Made by a program: the position numbers and the translations under genes. Shown piece by piece: positions 17,140 through 17,479 of a DNA stretch of 17,479 nucleotides. Location of the stretch: positions 1-17,479 of the forward strand of contig JAWOHE010000085.1 in the NCBI GenBank assembly GCA_046485285.1. The letters are read 5' to 3'. The stretch is from a bacterium (GTDB lineage: Bacteria > Hydrothermota > Tepidihabitantia > Tepidihabitantales > Tepidihabitantaceae). The stretch's first letter is position 1, and every line of letters starts with the position of its first letter. The notes below the pieces were generated by a model, which was not told where the DNA came from, ran no database searches, and saw only the letters and a program-made list of their open reading frames with translations.

Positions 17140-17479
17140 ATGAGAATGACAGCGGTTCTTCTCGGGTTGGTGGGGATGCTCTGTGTTGCGTCCGGACAGG
17201 CCCGGATGTCCGACTATGAACTGCGCAGGACGCAGCACGCGGCGCATCAGGCGGTGATGGATTCGTTGAGCCGCGTCCACCCGCGTCTGCGAGCTCGGTG
17301 GTTGCATGACCGCGGACTCGTTGATCGACTTCCCGACTTCACTAGCCCTACAGACTCCGGACCGCTCCGTCTGGTCGGCCGCTGGTCCTACGGGCCTTCA
17401 TCCGATGTTGACGGCAGAGCGACCTCGACGGACACGCTGGTTGCGCTGGCGAGGGGGTCGGGCGTCAGCCTGCTGAGTT
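17140..17479 (+). CDS. Secreted protein, N-terminal part (runs off the window); possibly LVIVD-like beta-propeller
   Basis: Open to the window end: MRMTAVLLGLVGMLCVASG (signal peptide) QARMSDYELRR...DSGPLRLVGRWSYGPSSDVDG...LVALARGSGVSLLS. Not in the ORF track because it has no stop. The family call is tentative. Confidence 0.75.
   Translation, partial: MRMTAVLLGLVGMLCVASGQARMSDYELRRTQHAAHQAVMDSLSRVHPRLRARWLHDRGLVDRLPDFTSPTDSGPLRLVGRWSYGPSSDVDGRATSTDTLVALARGSGVSLLS

Overview
High-GC bacterial chromosomal segment. From memory, the style of the secreted-protein C-terminal tails resembles candidate phylum WOR-3; this is inference, not a database result. The left ~1 kb is accessory or decayed. 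It holds the 3' end and right inverted repeat of an IS256-family element, an exactly 12-bp-periodic array of 18 self-complementary GTWAC cores with variable 7-nt spacers, a perfect 16-bp palindrome, and a twice-frameshifted relic of a T9SS-like C-terminal sorting domain containing a heptamer microsatellite. A long + strand run follows: HPr, PTS enzyme I, bifunctional PGI/PMI, sugar-phosphate nucleotidyltransferase, tgt, two tandem LivK-like lipoproteins, livHMGF and a small lipoprotein. On the - strand are a secreted Kelch propeller with a C-terminal sorting-like tail, a membrane-anchored 4xPAS protein with no output domain, and tRNA-Thr(CGT). The window ends with a zinc-ribbon membrane protein and the start of a secreted protein. 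Seven sigma70-like promoters share a 16-bp (not 17-bp) -35/-10 spacer, and two of them appear to drive leaderless or near-leaderless mRNAs.
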